A stretch of DNA of 60,000 nt from Botryllus schlosseri (lineage: Eukaryota): the NCBI GenBank assembly GCA_051294905.1, contig CM119371.1:6016001-6076000 (forward strand), in the 5' to 3' direction. The position numbers and the translations under genes were made by a program. Numbering within the stretch: the stretch's first letter is position 1; the number at the start of each line of letters is the position of its first letter. The notes below the pieces were generated by a model. The model ran no database searches. It worked only from the letters and a program-made list of their open reading frames with translations, and was not told the origin of the DNA. Shown one piece after another: positions 1-12,825 of this stretch.

Positions 1-842
1 AGTCTCTGAAAAAGCAATTGTGAATTTTAAGGGCAGCAGAAAGGAAATTTATATTACATATTTGAAATTAGCTTTAGCTTACGCTCTGTTTATGTTTCAG
101 GGAAAAGGCTTTGTGAGCCGGGGCCGAAAGGGATAGGCTGCGTCTTCAGTTATGTAGGCTAGTACGGAACCCTCTGGCTCCCAATCATGAAGTCATCCTG
201 AAAAAACTTAATGCAGCAGCAAATGCATGTTTGGTACAAATGTTGCTGTGGTCATTTTTTATCGACCCCCAACACTCAGACTTGTACGAAGTACTGGAAT
301 TTCAAAATGCGCAACTTCAACTAGAACCACTCAATTTTTTAAACTAGCAACTAGAACAGTGGTGGTCGGTCAACGTTTTCAACCAAATCACCACATTCGA
401 TTGACGAACTATTCTGCCGGCCACTAGCCGCGCGAAAATTTATTGAGGTTGATCAATTAATAATATTGTCACTTGACTATATTGCAAGCCTGCTGTATAT
501 CGCTGGGCTCAGTTTGCAAGGACTGGACTATTCGGCACCTGGACATATCGATATCGAAAGCTTCGTCCAACATGCGGCAATCATTTTGTGCCTAGGTTTC
601 ATAGTCGACGGTCTTTCTGCGAGCGCAAACGGGAGGTCGCGAATATATATATAGTGCATGAAGATCTACGAAAATGTGACTGGTTCATAGACCTACCAAT
701 GCGTAGGAACTGATATTTCAGTCATCACATCTCAAGTGTTGCGGCCAGACTAATCAAATTTTTGGTTGGCCTTGTAATTACATATATAACTCGCTATAAA
801 CTTTTTATCCTCTCAGCCCACGTAATCAGATTTACCAGTAGC

Positions 843-958
843 ACTGAGTGAGCTGTTGTATAGGAAAATAAAGGGCACGTAATTAATAATTAAACATATT
901 CGGGCGTGCCCGCAGGTACAATTATTCGTTACCAGGGCCGTAGCAACACTTCGTCAGC
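843..958. repeat. Dispersed repeat fragment; inverted copy lies inside the hAT element at 30546-30660
   Basis: gagtgagctgttgtatagg...ttaccagggccgtagcaacacttcgtcagc is the near reverse complement of 30546-30660. Confidence 0.85.
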
Positions 959-1039
959 ACCCCTCTGTGCAACTTTGCATTTATTCATAGGTTAAATACC
1001 GTAATAAATGATCAAACTGAAATAAAAAATAACAGTTGC

Positions 1040-1520
1040 ATCGACTAGCCTAATCCCTATTGCTCCAACAACACACAAGACGTGGGTGCCAATACATACA
1101 TGCACGCACGCACGCACGTCGCACAATCACAACAACAAGAAGACGAGATCGCTCATGCGTTTAGGGAACCTATTAGATAGAGAGATAGTAGTAAGAGATA
1201 ATCACACATCCCCCCCAACTCCTAACAAAATCAACGAGCATTGAGTGAGGAGTTCAAAATACAGCGAGTAGAGAACGTCCAACCAAATACTCTAATGGCG
1301 ATTGAAGCGGGAATCAACATAAAATTTGTGCCCCAATAACGTAGTCCTTGTGCCATACTGGCGGAGTAACATTTCTGCCCGAGCGCTGGCGTCTATCATT
1401 AGACGGTGCGGCAACACTAGTGTCGTCGATCGGTACTTCAACTGGTTGGTTCTGGTTCTGGTTGTGTTCTTTCATTCTGTTATTTATTGCATGATATGTT
1501 TGTGTAGTTGTAAAATGCAT
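1040..1520 (-). mobile_element. 3' remnant of a Ty3/Gypsy LTR retrotransposon (pol C-terminal tail, PPT, start of LTR)
   Basis: ORF 1314-1520 ends RQRSGRNVTPPVWHKDYV, resembling the usual Gypsy pol tail; minus-strand polypurine tract GGGGGGGA (1209-1216) is directly followed by TGT at 1208; far LTR end not determined. Confidence 0.55.
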
Positions 1521-1720
1521 AAGATGTGAAAAGCCTTACTATGTCTTCTTTTGTTTTTACCTATAATAATGAAAAAGAAGTCATCCAAACTTTTTCCATA
1601 CATCTGCGCCGTAACCAAGTTGAAATACTTGTAGTGAATTGAGTTTTAGTGTTTACTAAACCAGTGGTTCCTAACCTTTTTGGATGTCAGAGCCGCATTT
1701 CAAAGTTAAGAGTACGTATG

Positions 1721-1914
1721 TGTTATGTTCGTGCATTTACGTTCAGTGTTGTTCAACTCCTACTTTTTATAGGACTAGTAATTACGGCCAATCATTATTT
1801 CCTCGTGTGTCGTGCTTGTATTTATACCCTGTGTTCTGTTGTCTACTGGTCTTTCGTTTAACTGCACTCTGGATCGTGTCGCCTGTCTTAAAGTTATTCC
1901 GCTGTATAATATAC
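1721..1914 (+). mobile_element. Truncated, diverged LTR of the same family as the Gypsy element at 40635-44702
   Basis: Starts TGTTATGTTC and aligns with scattered substitutions to the first ~195 bp of the LTR at 40635; follows a hAT-like terminus CAGTGGTTCCTAACC at 1662. Confidence 0.9.
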
Positions 1915-3933
1915 GATTAATTTGCGAGTTCAGTATTTAAATATAATTTATTTCGGAAAAGCTGAGAAGACCGTATCCTAGTTGTCCTCCTCTACCAAAC
2001 ACACTAACAGGATCGGACAAATCCTCGACAATCAAAATAACGCATAACTCACTTCCTTTTGCAAACAGTTGAAGCCAGCTTCGCAATACTTTTTGACTAT
2101 TGCTTTGTTCACTTCAAAAAGACGTGACGCCGAACGTTGGGATCGCTGCTCTAACAACGATATCTCCGTGGCTTGAAAAAGAGAATCTTTATTTACTTTA
2201 ATGAACAACAATGAGAAACACTGTAAAAAACTAGAGCACATGTCATCAAAAGCAGACTATCATTTGTTCTGGGTAATATTAGCTTTTCTTTTTGTACTTG
2301 CTCGCCATGAGGTTTTACGTTGTGAGACTGCTTCCGCTTCCACATGATAAATTCATGCAGCATAACAAGTTTTTGCATAGGCCAGCATTTTACTTGAAAT
2401 TTTCAAATTTCACTCGAGTAGCCTATCATTTGAGTCCGGTGGAGGTCACAGTAGCAAAAGTTGGTACTCGAGCAGAAAAAGAAGCAATGCTCAGAGTAAA
2501 TTTAGAAAGTTCCAACAATATTTTCCACTATGGAAGTAATATAACTAGGGCAAGTTTTTGCAACTTTTTTACAGATTCCTAGATACTCAGAATCTATGTA
2601 CTATGTTTTAGGCTGTTTGGAGGGATTTTATAGCGCAACTTTTTGCAACTTCTCTCTATTTTTCATGTCAAATTTACTGCAACTTTAAAATCAAATAGTG
2701 CGCTAAAGTGTAACCGAGTGATTTAAAAAATGCTATAAACTATTTCTAGTATGGTTTTATTCTCTTTGATTTGCATACCTAAGAGCTATGTGATGGGTTA
2801 GCTGCATCTCACTGTTATCTATATGACACAATGGCTTGCAAGCAAGAAGTTCAACTACCCCTGCCAAGCACGGCCGTGACCGAACAATATGAAAATAGAT
2901 CGCTTTATTAATTCTATCGTTTAAATTTGAAATAGTTTCCCATTTCACAAGCGACCAGGCGAGGCCGCCGAAAATTAAATTTCACTGAGTCACCTTTTTC
3001 AGGCTATGGCCTTTTTAAGTCACAGAAGCAAAGTTTTTCTGTAATGCCTTGGGTCAAGTTTGCAGACCTAGGGCGTTTGGGGTGTGTTATTTGATTTGTT
3101 TTAGGGGGAGGGGGTTATCGCCATGCTGTTTGGCTTTTGGGGGGGGAATTATTCCCGCATTGCGCCATTTTCTTGCTATGTGCCGGAAAAAATGTCATTT
3201 TTGGCGGTTTCGCCAGACCGTGTGATAAATGGCAATAAAGTAACAAATTTGAGGGCTCTGCAGGAAGTAGGTTATACAATGGAACCTTTCGAGTATCACA
3301 TACCCTGATAATTCAATAAAAATTATGAATGCAACTTTTTACTGCAAGTTTTGTTAAAATTAATTGCAACTTTCTCGCGATTTTAGTGCATCAAAAACTT
3401 GCCCTACTCATAACCTGATTGGTTGTATCGTAGCATACGAAACATGTAGCAAACAACGAAATTAGGTATGGTCAACGAGAATGTTGATTTCACCTGTCTT
3501 GACCCATTCCATGTTCTCTTCCTTGGTATCCTTATCCTGCGACAATTCCACGCATTTTTCAAAGGACAGCTTTGCACTTGCGCAATATCCCGAATGCAAC
3601 TGGATCTGGTGCAGGGACAAAGAATTTGATCAGCTTTTTTTAGACAAAATGGCTTCCTTTTCACAATTTGGATTTCGTCAACTAGGGATTAGATTTAGGA
3701 TAAGATAAGCAGAGTGAAATAGCGTAAAGAGAATCACAGTAACTGATGAATATATTGTCATTACTCATTTTGCGGTAGTAACAAAGTTGCCATCTTGCAA
3801 TTACAAACTTAGCTAATGGTGCAGAGCGTATCGATAAATGATTTGGTCCTACGACTCCTACCTACTCCAATCCTGCTTTTGGAAAAGCTCTGGTCCGACT
3901 CAGAAGCCGTATTCTAGAAATCCGGTCCGGCGA

Positions 3934-4000
3934 CCGTGTAGACATTCGGCCGCCGCTCGGCGTCTGGCGTTTGGCCTCTGAGCGGGTTTAACCCCTGTTG
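3934..4000 (-). mobile_element. Isolated inverted terminus of the Zisupton-like element (duplicate at 8143-8209)
   Basis: ccgtgtagacattcggccgccg...gagcgggtttaacccctgttg is the reverse complement of the left end that starts at 4879/9088. Confidence 0.85.
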
Positions 4001-4192
4001 CAGTTTGAGGTGACACATAATACTTCACTCCAGAATTCACAACTGACAGGATAAGATGCGATGTTTTATGTACTCTACACAATACATTCGGGCAACGATC
4101 AGCACTAAACAATGAAAGGAACAATGACAATCAAAATAAATATAAGGTCCTGCGGGTTCATTAGTTTATACTATTAGATAATAACTATTTGC

Positions 4193-4870
4193 TCATATCA
4201 GATATCTATTTATCTTTGATGATATTTCTTCCAAACTTGTGACTTTCAGTGCTGATTCCTTTGTCAGTTGGTATTGTCCCCGATTATTAAATAAACAAGG
4301 AACGTCAACTGTACACAAAATGTGCTGGAACGGTGTCCAGCAAGAATCTTTATTTTGAGGCCAGTGAAAAAACTCTGATGGGCCTTTTGGGTGCATGAAT
4401 TCAACTAAGGCATCGTTGTTTGGCTTGTCAATTTCTGTGACCATGCCAATGTACCAGTTTTCATCATAAACGCAGCATACAAATTTGTTTTTGATAATTT
4501 CAATTTGAAGTACATTTTCTTGGTTTGAGTCTTCATCTAATTCAACTTCCAATACATAGTGTTTGTCTTGACTGACACGTTTTGCTCCCAGTTTGGTTGA
4601 TGACAATGGCCTAAAATGATGGAATGCCCGAGTACCTTTGACTGTGGTAGCGAGCCGAAATCGCTGTTCCAAAAAAGCTCTCGTAGCATCCAATTCGTCT
4701 TTGAGCAAATTAATAAATTTTATTTTTTTGAGATTTTTCGCGCAATAGGACATCATTTCTTCCACGTTCAGAAGCTGACCATTCAGTGGGCGTCTCAGAC
4801 TTTCCATTGCTGTAGCTCGTTTTACAGTGCCACCAATGCCATCACATGGCGATTTACCATGGCTCGTGGC
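4193..4870 (-). pseudogene. 3' half of the Sola-like DNA transposase (duplicated copy)
   Basis: FATSHGKSPCDGIGGTVKR...GTRAFHHF...YDENWYIG...FMHPKGP; same sequence as 8402-9079. Confidence 0.8.
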
Positions 4871-4878
4871 AAAAAAGG

Positions 4879-6770
4879 CAACAGGGGTTAAACCCGCTCA
4901 GAGGCCAAACGCCGGGCGCCAGACGCCGAGCGGCGGCCGAATGTCTACACGGCGTTTGGCGGCTGAACTGGTGACGCTAGATGGCGTTTGGCGTCTGTTA
5001 TGGTGAGACGCCGAGTAGCTATACGGCGTTTGGCGTCCGAAATGTGAGACGCCGTATAGCTACTTGGCGTCTGAATTTGTCTAGCGTATAGGATCTTATT
5101 TGAGGGTAGTCACGCTCACGAAGGATTGCTAAGGGGTCGAAGTTGGGAGCTTTAACGCCGACAGACAAATGATGTCTGCTATATAGAACACTATGGTAGA
5201 CGTCTTTCGATGCTTATGATTATCGAGTTTCCTTGCAGCAATGACAGCGATTGCTCTAGCTGAGGATTTGACACACCTCATTAGAATCATAACAGTTCAA
5301 GAACTTAATTGCGGTCTCTGCGAAATCAACACGTTCAAAACGTCAGAAAAGCTAGATGAGCATATCGAGGCGGTACACTGGGCTCATCGCGTACCTCACG
5401 CTGTCGACAAAGAAGTGCAAGGTGTGTAAAGATCTTACCGAGTATATATAGCCATGTTGCATTCCTCAGTGAAGAATCTCTACTCGATTGTGATTTATGG
5501 GTAATTGACTGAGTGTTAAAAAGCTTGATATTATAATGGTTTGCGATTACTTGAAACTGGAATTCATGTTTTGAGGCAATTTTCAGCAAAATCTGAGACT
5601 TGAGAGTGAACCAATCTCTGCTTTGGTTAATCTCAAATTGAATTGTAACCGGTAGGCCTACCCAATGGATTCAGAAGTATTTGTGTAAAGTTAATTAATT
5701 TAGAGGTAGGCTACCTATACCCATCAAATATTAGTTAGCAAGACATGTCAGCGGAGTCAGCCATGTTTCTCTCTGAACCAGCTTTCATATGACGTGTTAC
5801 TTCCCAATTTTCGTGTAGACATAATTGCGCTAGTTCATGTTATGCATGATCGATTTGATTGGGGGAAATTTTTCCTTCAATATATTCTATCATTGTACAC
5901 TGTTATCCACTCTCAACTACTTGGCTATCCTGTTTTATGACCAGTAACAGGGAACTTAAAAGCGATTAAACTTCATGTGTGGATGACCACGAAATGGTCA
6001 TTTTTTAAAAGGCGATAACTGTGGTGCATGGACCAATTTTGATTAGGTTTACTGCACTCAGGGCTATATACCAGATTTACCCAGCTCCGTTTTCATTGCA
6101 ATCTGAGACCCGGGTTGAAATCCTGGTACGTTCAGCGTAATATATTTGGTGAGAGACACCGATTCCATATTGGTCTGAGACCAAGTGGATACGAGTGTGG
6201 TTGATTTGACATGGATTTACCCTTGTGTATCTAATTGTATTCACATATTCCAGGCTATATCGTACCATGCCGTTTGAAGTGTATGGAACGTATTGGTCAG
6301 GCCAGAGGCAGGAGTCACTACCACTGCCATACCTGCACTAAAGTTCTTGGTCGACGTGGTACATTTGAAAGTCATTTACAAAAAGTATGTGGCAATCCGC
6401 CACCAAACAAGGAAAGCAAGACTCGTCGTTTAAATCAACCGACAGATAGCAAAAGTAAAAAGCAATGCACCAAATGCGACAAGTCATATGCAAGATCTCA
6501 TGGCTTGACAAGACATGAACCAGATGGCCACGGCCTTCCAGCAACCCTTCCTGCAGTTTGTATTGATCCGAAAAATGGTGTGTTTATGGTCTCCCAAGGA
6601 TCATCAGGCCAAGCTGCTCCTTTGCACGTTACGAAGCATTTATTAAGAAGCCTGATTTGGTGTGAAGACAAAGACTGTATATCAATTTTTGGGACCCTCA
6701 AGGACAAAAATCCCGGGGTCCAATGTGATCATTTGACATGATCATGTGCAAACATTGATTTAGATGAAAA
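4879..6770 (+). mobile_element. Zisupton-like element, left part, truncated by the duplication junction
   Basis: Copy of 9088-10979. Confidence 0.8.
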
Positions 6771-9449
6771 AACTTTTTTACAGATTCCTAGATACTCAGA
6801 ATCTATGTACTATGTTTTAGGCTGTTTGGAGGGATTTTATAGCGCAACTTTTTGCAACTTCTCTCTATTTTTCATGTCAAATTTACTGCAACTTTAAAAT
6901 CAAATAGTGCGCTAAAGTGTAACCGAGTGATTTAAAAAATGCTATAAACTATTTCTAGTATGGTTTTATTCTCTTTGATTTGCATACCTAAGAGCTATGT
7001 GATGGGTTAGCTGCATCTCACTGTTATCTATATGACACAATGGCTTGCAAGCAAGAAGTTCAACTACCCCTGCCAAGCACGGCCGTGACCGAACAATATG
7101 AAAATAGATCGCTTTATTAATTCTATCGTTTAAATTTGAAATAGTTTCCCATTTCACAAGCGACCAGGCGAGGCCGCCGAAAATTAAATTTCACTGAGTC
7201 ACCTTTTTCAGGCTATGGCCTTTTTAAGTCACAGAAGCAAAGTTTTTCTGTAATGCCTTGGGTCAAGTTTGCAGACCTAGGGCGTTTGGGGTGTGTTATT
7301 TGATTTGTTTTAGGGGGAGGGGGTTATCGCCATGCTGTTTGGCTTTTGGGGGGGGAATTATTCCCGCATTGCGCCATTTTCTTGCTATGTGCCGGAAAAA
7401 ATGTCATTTTTGGCGGTTTCGCCAGACCGTGTGATAAATGGCAATAAAGTAACAAATTTGAGGGCTCTGCAGGAAGTAGGTTATACAATGGAACCTTTCG
7501 AGTATCACATACCCTGATAATTCAATAAAAATTATGAATGCAACTTTTTACTGCAAGTTTTGTTAAAATTAATTGCAACTTTCTCGCGATTTTAGTGCAT
7601 CAAAAACTTGCCCTACTCATAACCTGATTGGTTGTATCGTAGCATACGAAACATGTAGCAAACAACGAAATTAGGTATGGTCAACGAGAATGTTGATTTC
7701 ACCTGTCTTGACCCATTCCATGTTCTCTTCCTTGGTATCCTTATCCTGCGACAATTCCACGCATTTTTCAAAGGACAGCTTTGCACTTGCGCAATATCCC
7801 GAATGCAACTGGATCTGGTGCAGGGACAAAGAATTTGATCAGCTTTTTTTAGACAAAATGGCTTCCTTTTCACAATTTGGATTTCGTCAACTAGGGATTA
7901 GATTTAGGATAAGATAAGCAGAGTGAAATAGCGTAAAGAGAATCACAGTAACTGATGAATATATTGTCATTACTCATTTTGCGGTAGTAACAAAGTTGCC
8001 ATCTTGCAATTACAAACTTAGCTACTGGTGCAGAGCGTATCGATAAATGATTTGGTCCTACGACTCCTACCTACTCCAATCCTGCTTTTGGAAAAGCTCT
8101 GGTCCGACTCAGAAGCCGTATTCTAGAAATCCGGTCCGGCGACCGTGTAGACATTCGGCCGCCGCTCGGCGTCTGGCGTTTGGCCTCTGAGCGGGTTTAA
8201 CCCCTGTTGCAGTTTGAGGTGACACATAATACTTCACTCCAGAATTCACAACTGACAGGATAAGATGCGATGTTTTATGTACTCTACACAATACATTCGG
8301 GCAACGATCAGCACTAAACAATGAAAGGAACAATGACAATCAAAATAAATATAAGGTCCTGCGGGTTCATTAGTTTATACTATTAGATAATAACTATTTG
8401 CTCATATCAGATATCTATTTATCTTTGATGATATTTCTTCCAAACTTGTGACTTTCAGTGCTGATTCCTTTGTCAGTTGGTATTGTCCCCGATTATTAAA
8501 TAAACAAGGAACGTCAACTGTACACAAAATGTGCTGGAACGGTGTCCAGCAAGAATCTTTATTTTGAGGCCAGTGAAAAAACTCTGATGGGCCTTTTGGG
8601 TGCATGAATTCAACTAAGGCATCGTTGTTTGGCTTGTCAATTTCTGTGACCATGCCAATGTACCAGTTTTCATCATAAACGCAGCATACAAATTTGTTTT
8701 TGATAATTTCAATTTGAAGTACATTTTCTTGGTTTGAGTCTTCATCTAATTCAACTTCCAATACATAGTGTTTGTCTTGACTGACACGTTTTGCTCCCAG
8801 TTTGGTTGATGACAATGGCCTAAAATGATGGAATGCCCGAGTACCTTTGACTGTGGTAGCGAGCCGAAATCGCTGTTCCAAAAAAGCTCTCGTAGCATCC
8901 AATTCGTCTTTGAGCAAATTAATAAATTTTATTTTTTTGAGATTTTTCGCGCAATAGGACATCATTTCTTCCACGTTCAGAAGCTGACCATTCAGTGGGC
9001 GTCTCAGACTTTCCATTGCTGTAGCTCGTTTTACAGTGCCACCAATGCCATCACATGGCGATTTACCATGGCTCGTGGCAAAAAAGGCAACAGGGGTTAA
9101 ACCCGCTCAGAGGCCAAACGCCGGGCGCCAGACGCCGAGCGGCGGCCGAATGTCTACACGGCGTTTGGCGGCTGAACTGGTGACGCTAGATGGCGTTTGG
9201 CGTCTGTTATGGTGAGACGCCGAGTAGCTATACGGCGTTTGGCGTCCGAAATGTGAGACGCCGTATAGCTACTTGGCGTCTGAATTTGTCTAGCGTATAG
9301 GATCTTATTTGAGGGTAGTCACGCTCACGAAGGATTGCTAAGGGGTCGAAGTTGGGAGCTTTAACGCCGACAGACAAATGATGTCTGCTATATAGAACAC
9401 TATGGTAGACGTCTTTCGATGCTTATGATTATCGAGTTTCCTTGCAGCA

Positions 9450-11610
9450 ATGACAGCGATTGCTCTAGCTGAGGATTTGACACACCTCATTAGAATCATA
9501 ACAGTTCAAGAACTTAATTGCGGTCTCTGCGAAATCAACACGTTCAAAACGTCAGAAAAGCTAGATGAGCATATCGAGGCGGTACACTGGGCTCATCGCG
9601 TACCTCACGCTGTCGACAAAGAAGTGCAAGGTGTGTAAAGATCTTACCGAGTATATATAGCCATGTTGCATTCCTCAGTGAAGAATCTCTACTCGATTGT
9701 GATTTATGGGTAATTGACTGAGTGTTAAAAAGCTTGATATTATAATGGTTTGCGATTACTTGAAACTGGAATTCATGTTTTGAGGCAATTTTCAGCAAAA
9801 TCTGAGACTTGAGAGTGAACCAATCTCTGCTTTGGTTAATCTCAAATTGAATTGTAACCGGTAGGCCTACCCAATGGATTCAGAAGTATTTGTGTAAAGT
9901 TAATTAATTTAGAGGTAGGCTACCTATACCCATCAAATATTAGTTAGCAAGACATGTCAGCGGAGTCAGCCATGTTTCTCTCTGAACCAGCTTTCATATG
10001 ACGTGTTACTTCCCAATTTTCGTGTAGACATAATTGCGCTAGTTCATGTTATGCATGATCGATTTGATTGGGGGAAATTTTTCCTTCAATATATTCTATC
10101 ATTGTACACTGTTATCCACTCTCAACTACTTGGCTATCCTGTTTTATGACCAGTAACAGGGAACTTAAAAGCGATTAAACTTCATGTGTGGATGACCACG
10201 AAATGGTCATTTTTTAAAAGGCGATAACTGTGGTGCATGGACCAATTTTGATTAGGTTTACTGCACTCAGGGCTATATACCAGATTTACCCAGCTCCGTT
10301 TTCATTGCAATCTGAGACCCGGGTTGAAATCCTGGTACGTTCAGCGTAATATATTTGGTGAGAGACACCGATTCCATATTGGTCTGAGACCAAGTGGATA
10401 CGAGTGTGGTTGATTTGACATGGATTTACCCTTGTGTATCTAATTGTATTCACATATTCCAGGCTATATCGTACCATGCCGTTTGAAGTGTATGGAACGT
10501 ATTGGTCAGGCCAGAGGCAGGAGTCACTACCACTGCCATTCCTGCACTAAAGTTCTTGGTCGACGTGGTACATTTGAAAGTCATTTACAAAAAGTATGTG
10601 GCAATCCGCCACCAAACAAGGAAAGCAAGACTCGTCGTTTAAATCAACCGACAGATAGCAAAAGTAAAAAGCAATGCACCAAATGCGACAAGTCATATGC
10701 AAGATCTCATGGCTTGACAAGACATGAACCAGATGGCCACGGCCTTCCAGCAACCCTTCCTGCAGTTTGTATTGATCCGAAAAATGGTGTGTTTATGGTC
10801 TCCCAAGGATCATCAGGCCAAGCTGCTCCTTTGCACGTTACGAAGCATTTATTAAGAAGCCTGATTTGGTGTGAAGACAAAGACTGTATATCAATTTTTG
10901 GGACCCTCAAGGACAAAAATCCCGGGGTCCAATGTGATCATTTGACATGATCATGTGCAAACATTGATTTAGATGAAAAGGTTTTGAACACCCTCGTTGA
11001 AATGAAGATAATATCAACCGCAACTAGTGAAAAATGCAGCAATGAAAGAATGAGGAGTGTGCAATGCAATGCTCCACTCGTGGTGCATGCGAATTCTGAA
11101 GCATTCAATATTTCGAAGAAATACAAGTATTATTCTATCTTCACTGGCGAGAAGACATACTATAGTCCTAGTGAAAGAGTGCGGGTGACATATGACGTTG
11201 ACGGAGGCTCATGGTCATGTCTGTGCTCACTGCTCATGGAAAACTGGAACATTCTTGCACATCAAACTGGCGAAATGGTATGTGTTCCAGACTGAACCAG
11301 ATCTCGTATCGCGAAATGGTATGTGTTCCAGACTGAACCAGATCTCGTATCGCGAAATGGTATGTGTTCCAGACTGAACCAGATCTCATATCATGTATGT
11401 CGAGGTAATCTTCATTGCATGACTTTCGAAGATTCCATATTTAGTTTCTTAATATTTGATTTACAGTACTCAACCTCCTACTGATTACATGCAATTGAAT
11501 ATGAAGTATTTTCTCGAGCATAAACTGATCCCGGAGAAGATACCTAATGAATATTTGAAGGAAGGAATAATTTCAGAATTGACGCCAGAAGAAACTGTTT
11601 GTGCAAGGGG
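9450..11610 (+). pseudogene. N-terminal part of the Zisupton-like transposase (C2H2-like fingers, SWIM-like motif), intron-containing and disrupted
   Basis: Exon 9450-9630 (G|gtgtgt) joins 10463 (ttccag|GC) in frame; motifs HYHCHSC, CTKCDKSY..LTRH, AVCIDPKNGVFMV..PLHVTK, YYSPSERVRVTYD..WSCLCS..LHIKLAKWYVFQT; stop at 10948-10950 and later frameshifts; catalytic region not seen. Confidence 0.7.
11270..11392 (+). repeat. 41-bp tandem triplication inside the transposase
   Basis: gcgaaatggtatgtgttccagactgaaccagatctcgtatc at 11270, 11311 and 11352. Confidence 0.95.
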
Positions 11611-11804
11611 TGCTTTAAGTGAGCGGAATGCGAAAAGCTCAGATTTATGGAGTTGGTTGTATGTGCTTGCTTATTTCTCTGACTTTTACTGTGGTTCCAC
11701 TGCTTATTTCTCAGTCATTTTTACTGTGGTTCCACTGCTGATTTCTCAATGACGTTTCCTGTCGTTCGATTGCTTGTTTAAATAGTATATTCACATTGAA
11801 ATGA

Positions 11805-11838
11805 ACCCGAATATTTTCGGCTGTCACTCGTCAGGGGT
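11805..11838 (-). ncRNA. Minimal type I hammerhead ribozyme motif (Penelope/retrozyme-like) within a ~95-bp dispersed repeat at 11782-11875
   Basis: Minus strand reads ACCC-CUGACGA-G(UGACAGC)C-GAAA-AUAU-UC-GGGU: complete core, 4-bp stem I, 1-bp stem II, palindromic AAUAUU stem III. Confidence 0.65.
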
Positions 11839-12028
11839 AATCGTCAGCAACTAGTAGAGAATTGGAAAGAACATTGTTTATTTCATTTCAACATTGCTTA
11901 TTTCTTAATGACTTTTACCGTGGTTTCATTGCCTTCTGCTGTGGTTTCGTTGCCTATTTCATATTGTGGTTTCATTACATACTGTATCTGCAGAAATTCA
12001 TTGCGAGTGTACAAATATGGGGTGGTGA

Positions 12029-12429
12029 CAGGGTTGTAACCAAGTCACTAGGTTTCAAGAAGTCAAGTCGAGTCGTTTTCAATTCACCGGCGAGTCAAGT
12101 CCGAGCAATCCCCAACGAGTCAACCCGAGAGCAATGGGTCGAGTCCAAGTCATGGTGTTTACTGTTCCCCATCGAGTTCAGCTTCAGTAGGTCACTTCTG
12201 TGGAACTCGCGGGGGTGATATTAAAGGCCTCGGATAGTTTTTATGTTTATTTTTTTCCATTCTAAACATGGTTATTGTAACAGATAAAAGGCAGGTTTGG
12301 GCCCATTTATCAGTCCTAATATACCATTCTTGAATACGTCATACAACGAGTAAATCCATTTTTAAGAAAGAGACTCGAGTCATCAAAAACATTGTGAGTC
12401 GAGTCATGACTCGATTCATTGCAACCCTG
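12029..12429. mobile_element. hAT-like MITE with GACTCGAGTC repeats, nested in the Zisupton-like element
   Basis: TIR CAGGGTTG...CAACCCTG; degenerate 8-bp TSD ggtggtga/gacggtga. Confidence 0.7.
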
Positions 12430-12596
12430 GACGGTGATACAATAATTTGATACAGCTGAACATACAATAGATCATTTGGGATTCTGCCACCGCTTATTAT
12501 GACAAAAAATTATCAATATGCAATCTTAGATATCACATAGTTGCGAGAACTTGATAGTCGCGCCATGAAAGGAGTTAGCCTCTGCTCAGTTTACCG

Positions 12597-12825
12597 AGGC
12601 ACCAAACGCCGTATAGCTACTAGGCGTCTCAACATACCAGAGGCCAAACGCCGTTTAGCTACTCGGCGTCTGAACATAACAGACGCCAAACGCCGTATAG
12701 CTACTCGGCGTCTGAACATAACAGACGCCAAACGCCGTATAGCTATTCGGCGTCTGAACATAACAGACGCCAAACGCCGTATAGCTACTCGGCGTCTCAC
12801 CACAACAGACGCCAAACGCCGTACA
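12597..12825. repeat. 42-bp subterminal tandem repeats (~5.5 copies) of the Zisupton-like element
   Basis: Unit agacgccaaacgccgtatagctactcggcgtctgaacataac; reverse-complement copies near the left end (~9190-9280). Confidence 0.95.

Larger units (their letters stand above)
2562..10979. repeat. Head-to-tail tandem duplication with a 4209-bp unit (2562-6770 and 6771-10979)
   Basis: All ORFs recur at an offset of +4209; I noticed only two substitutions (~3816/8025 and 6331/10540). Confidence 0.97.
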
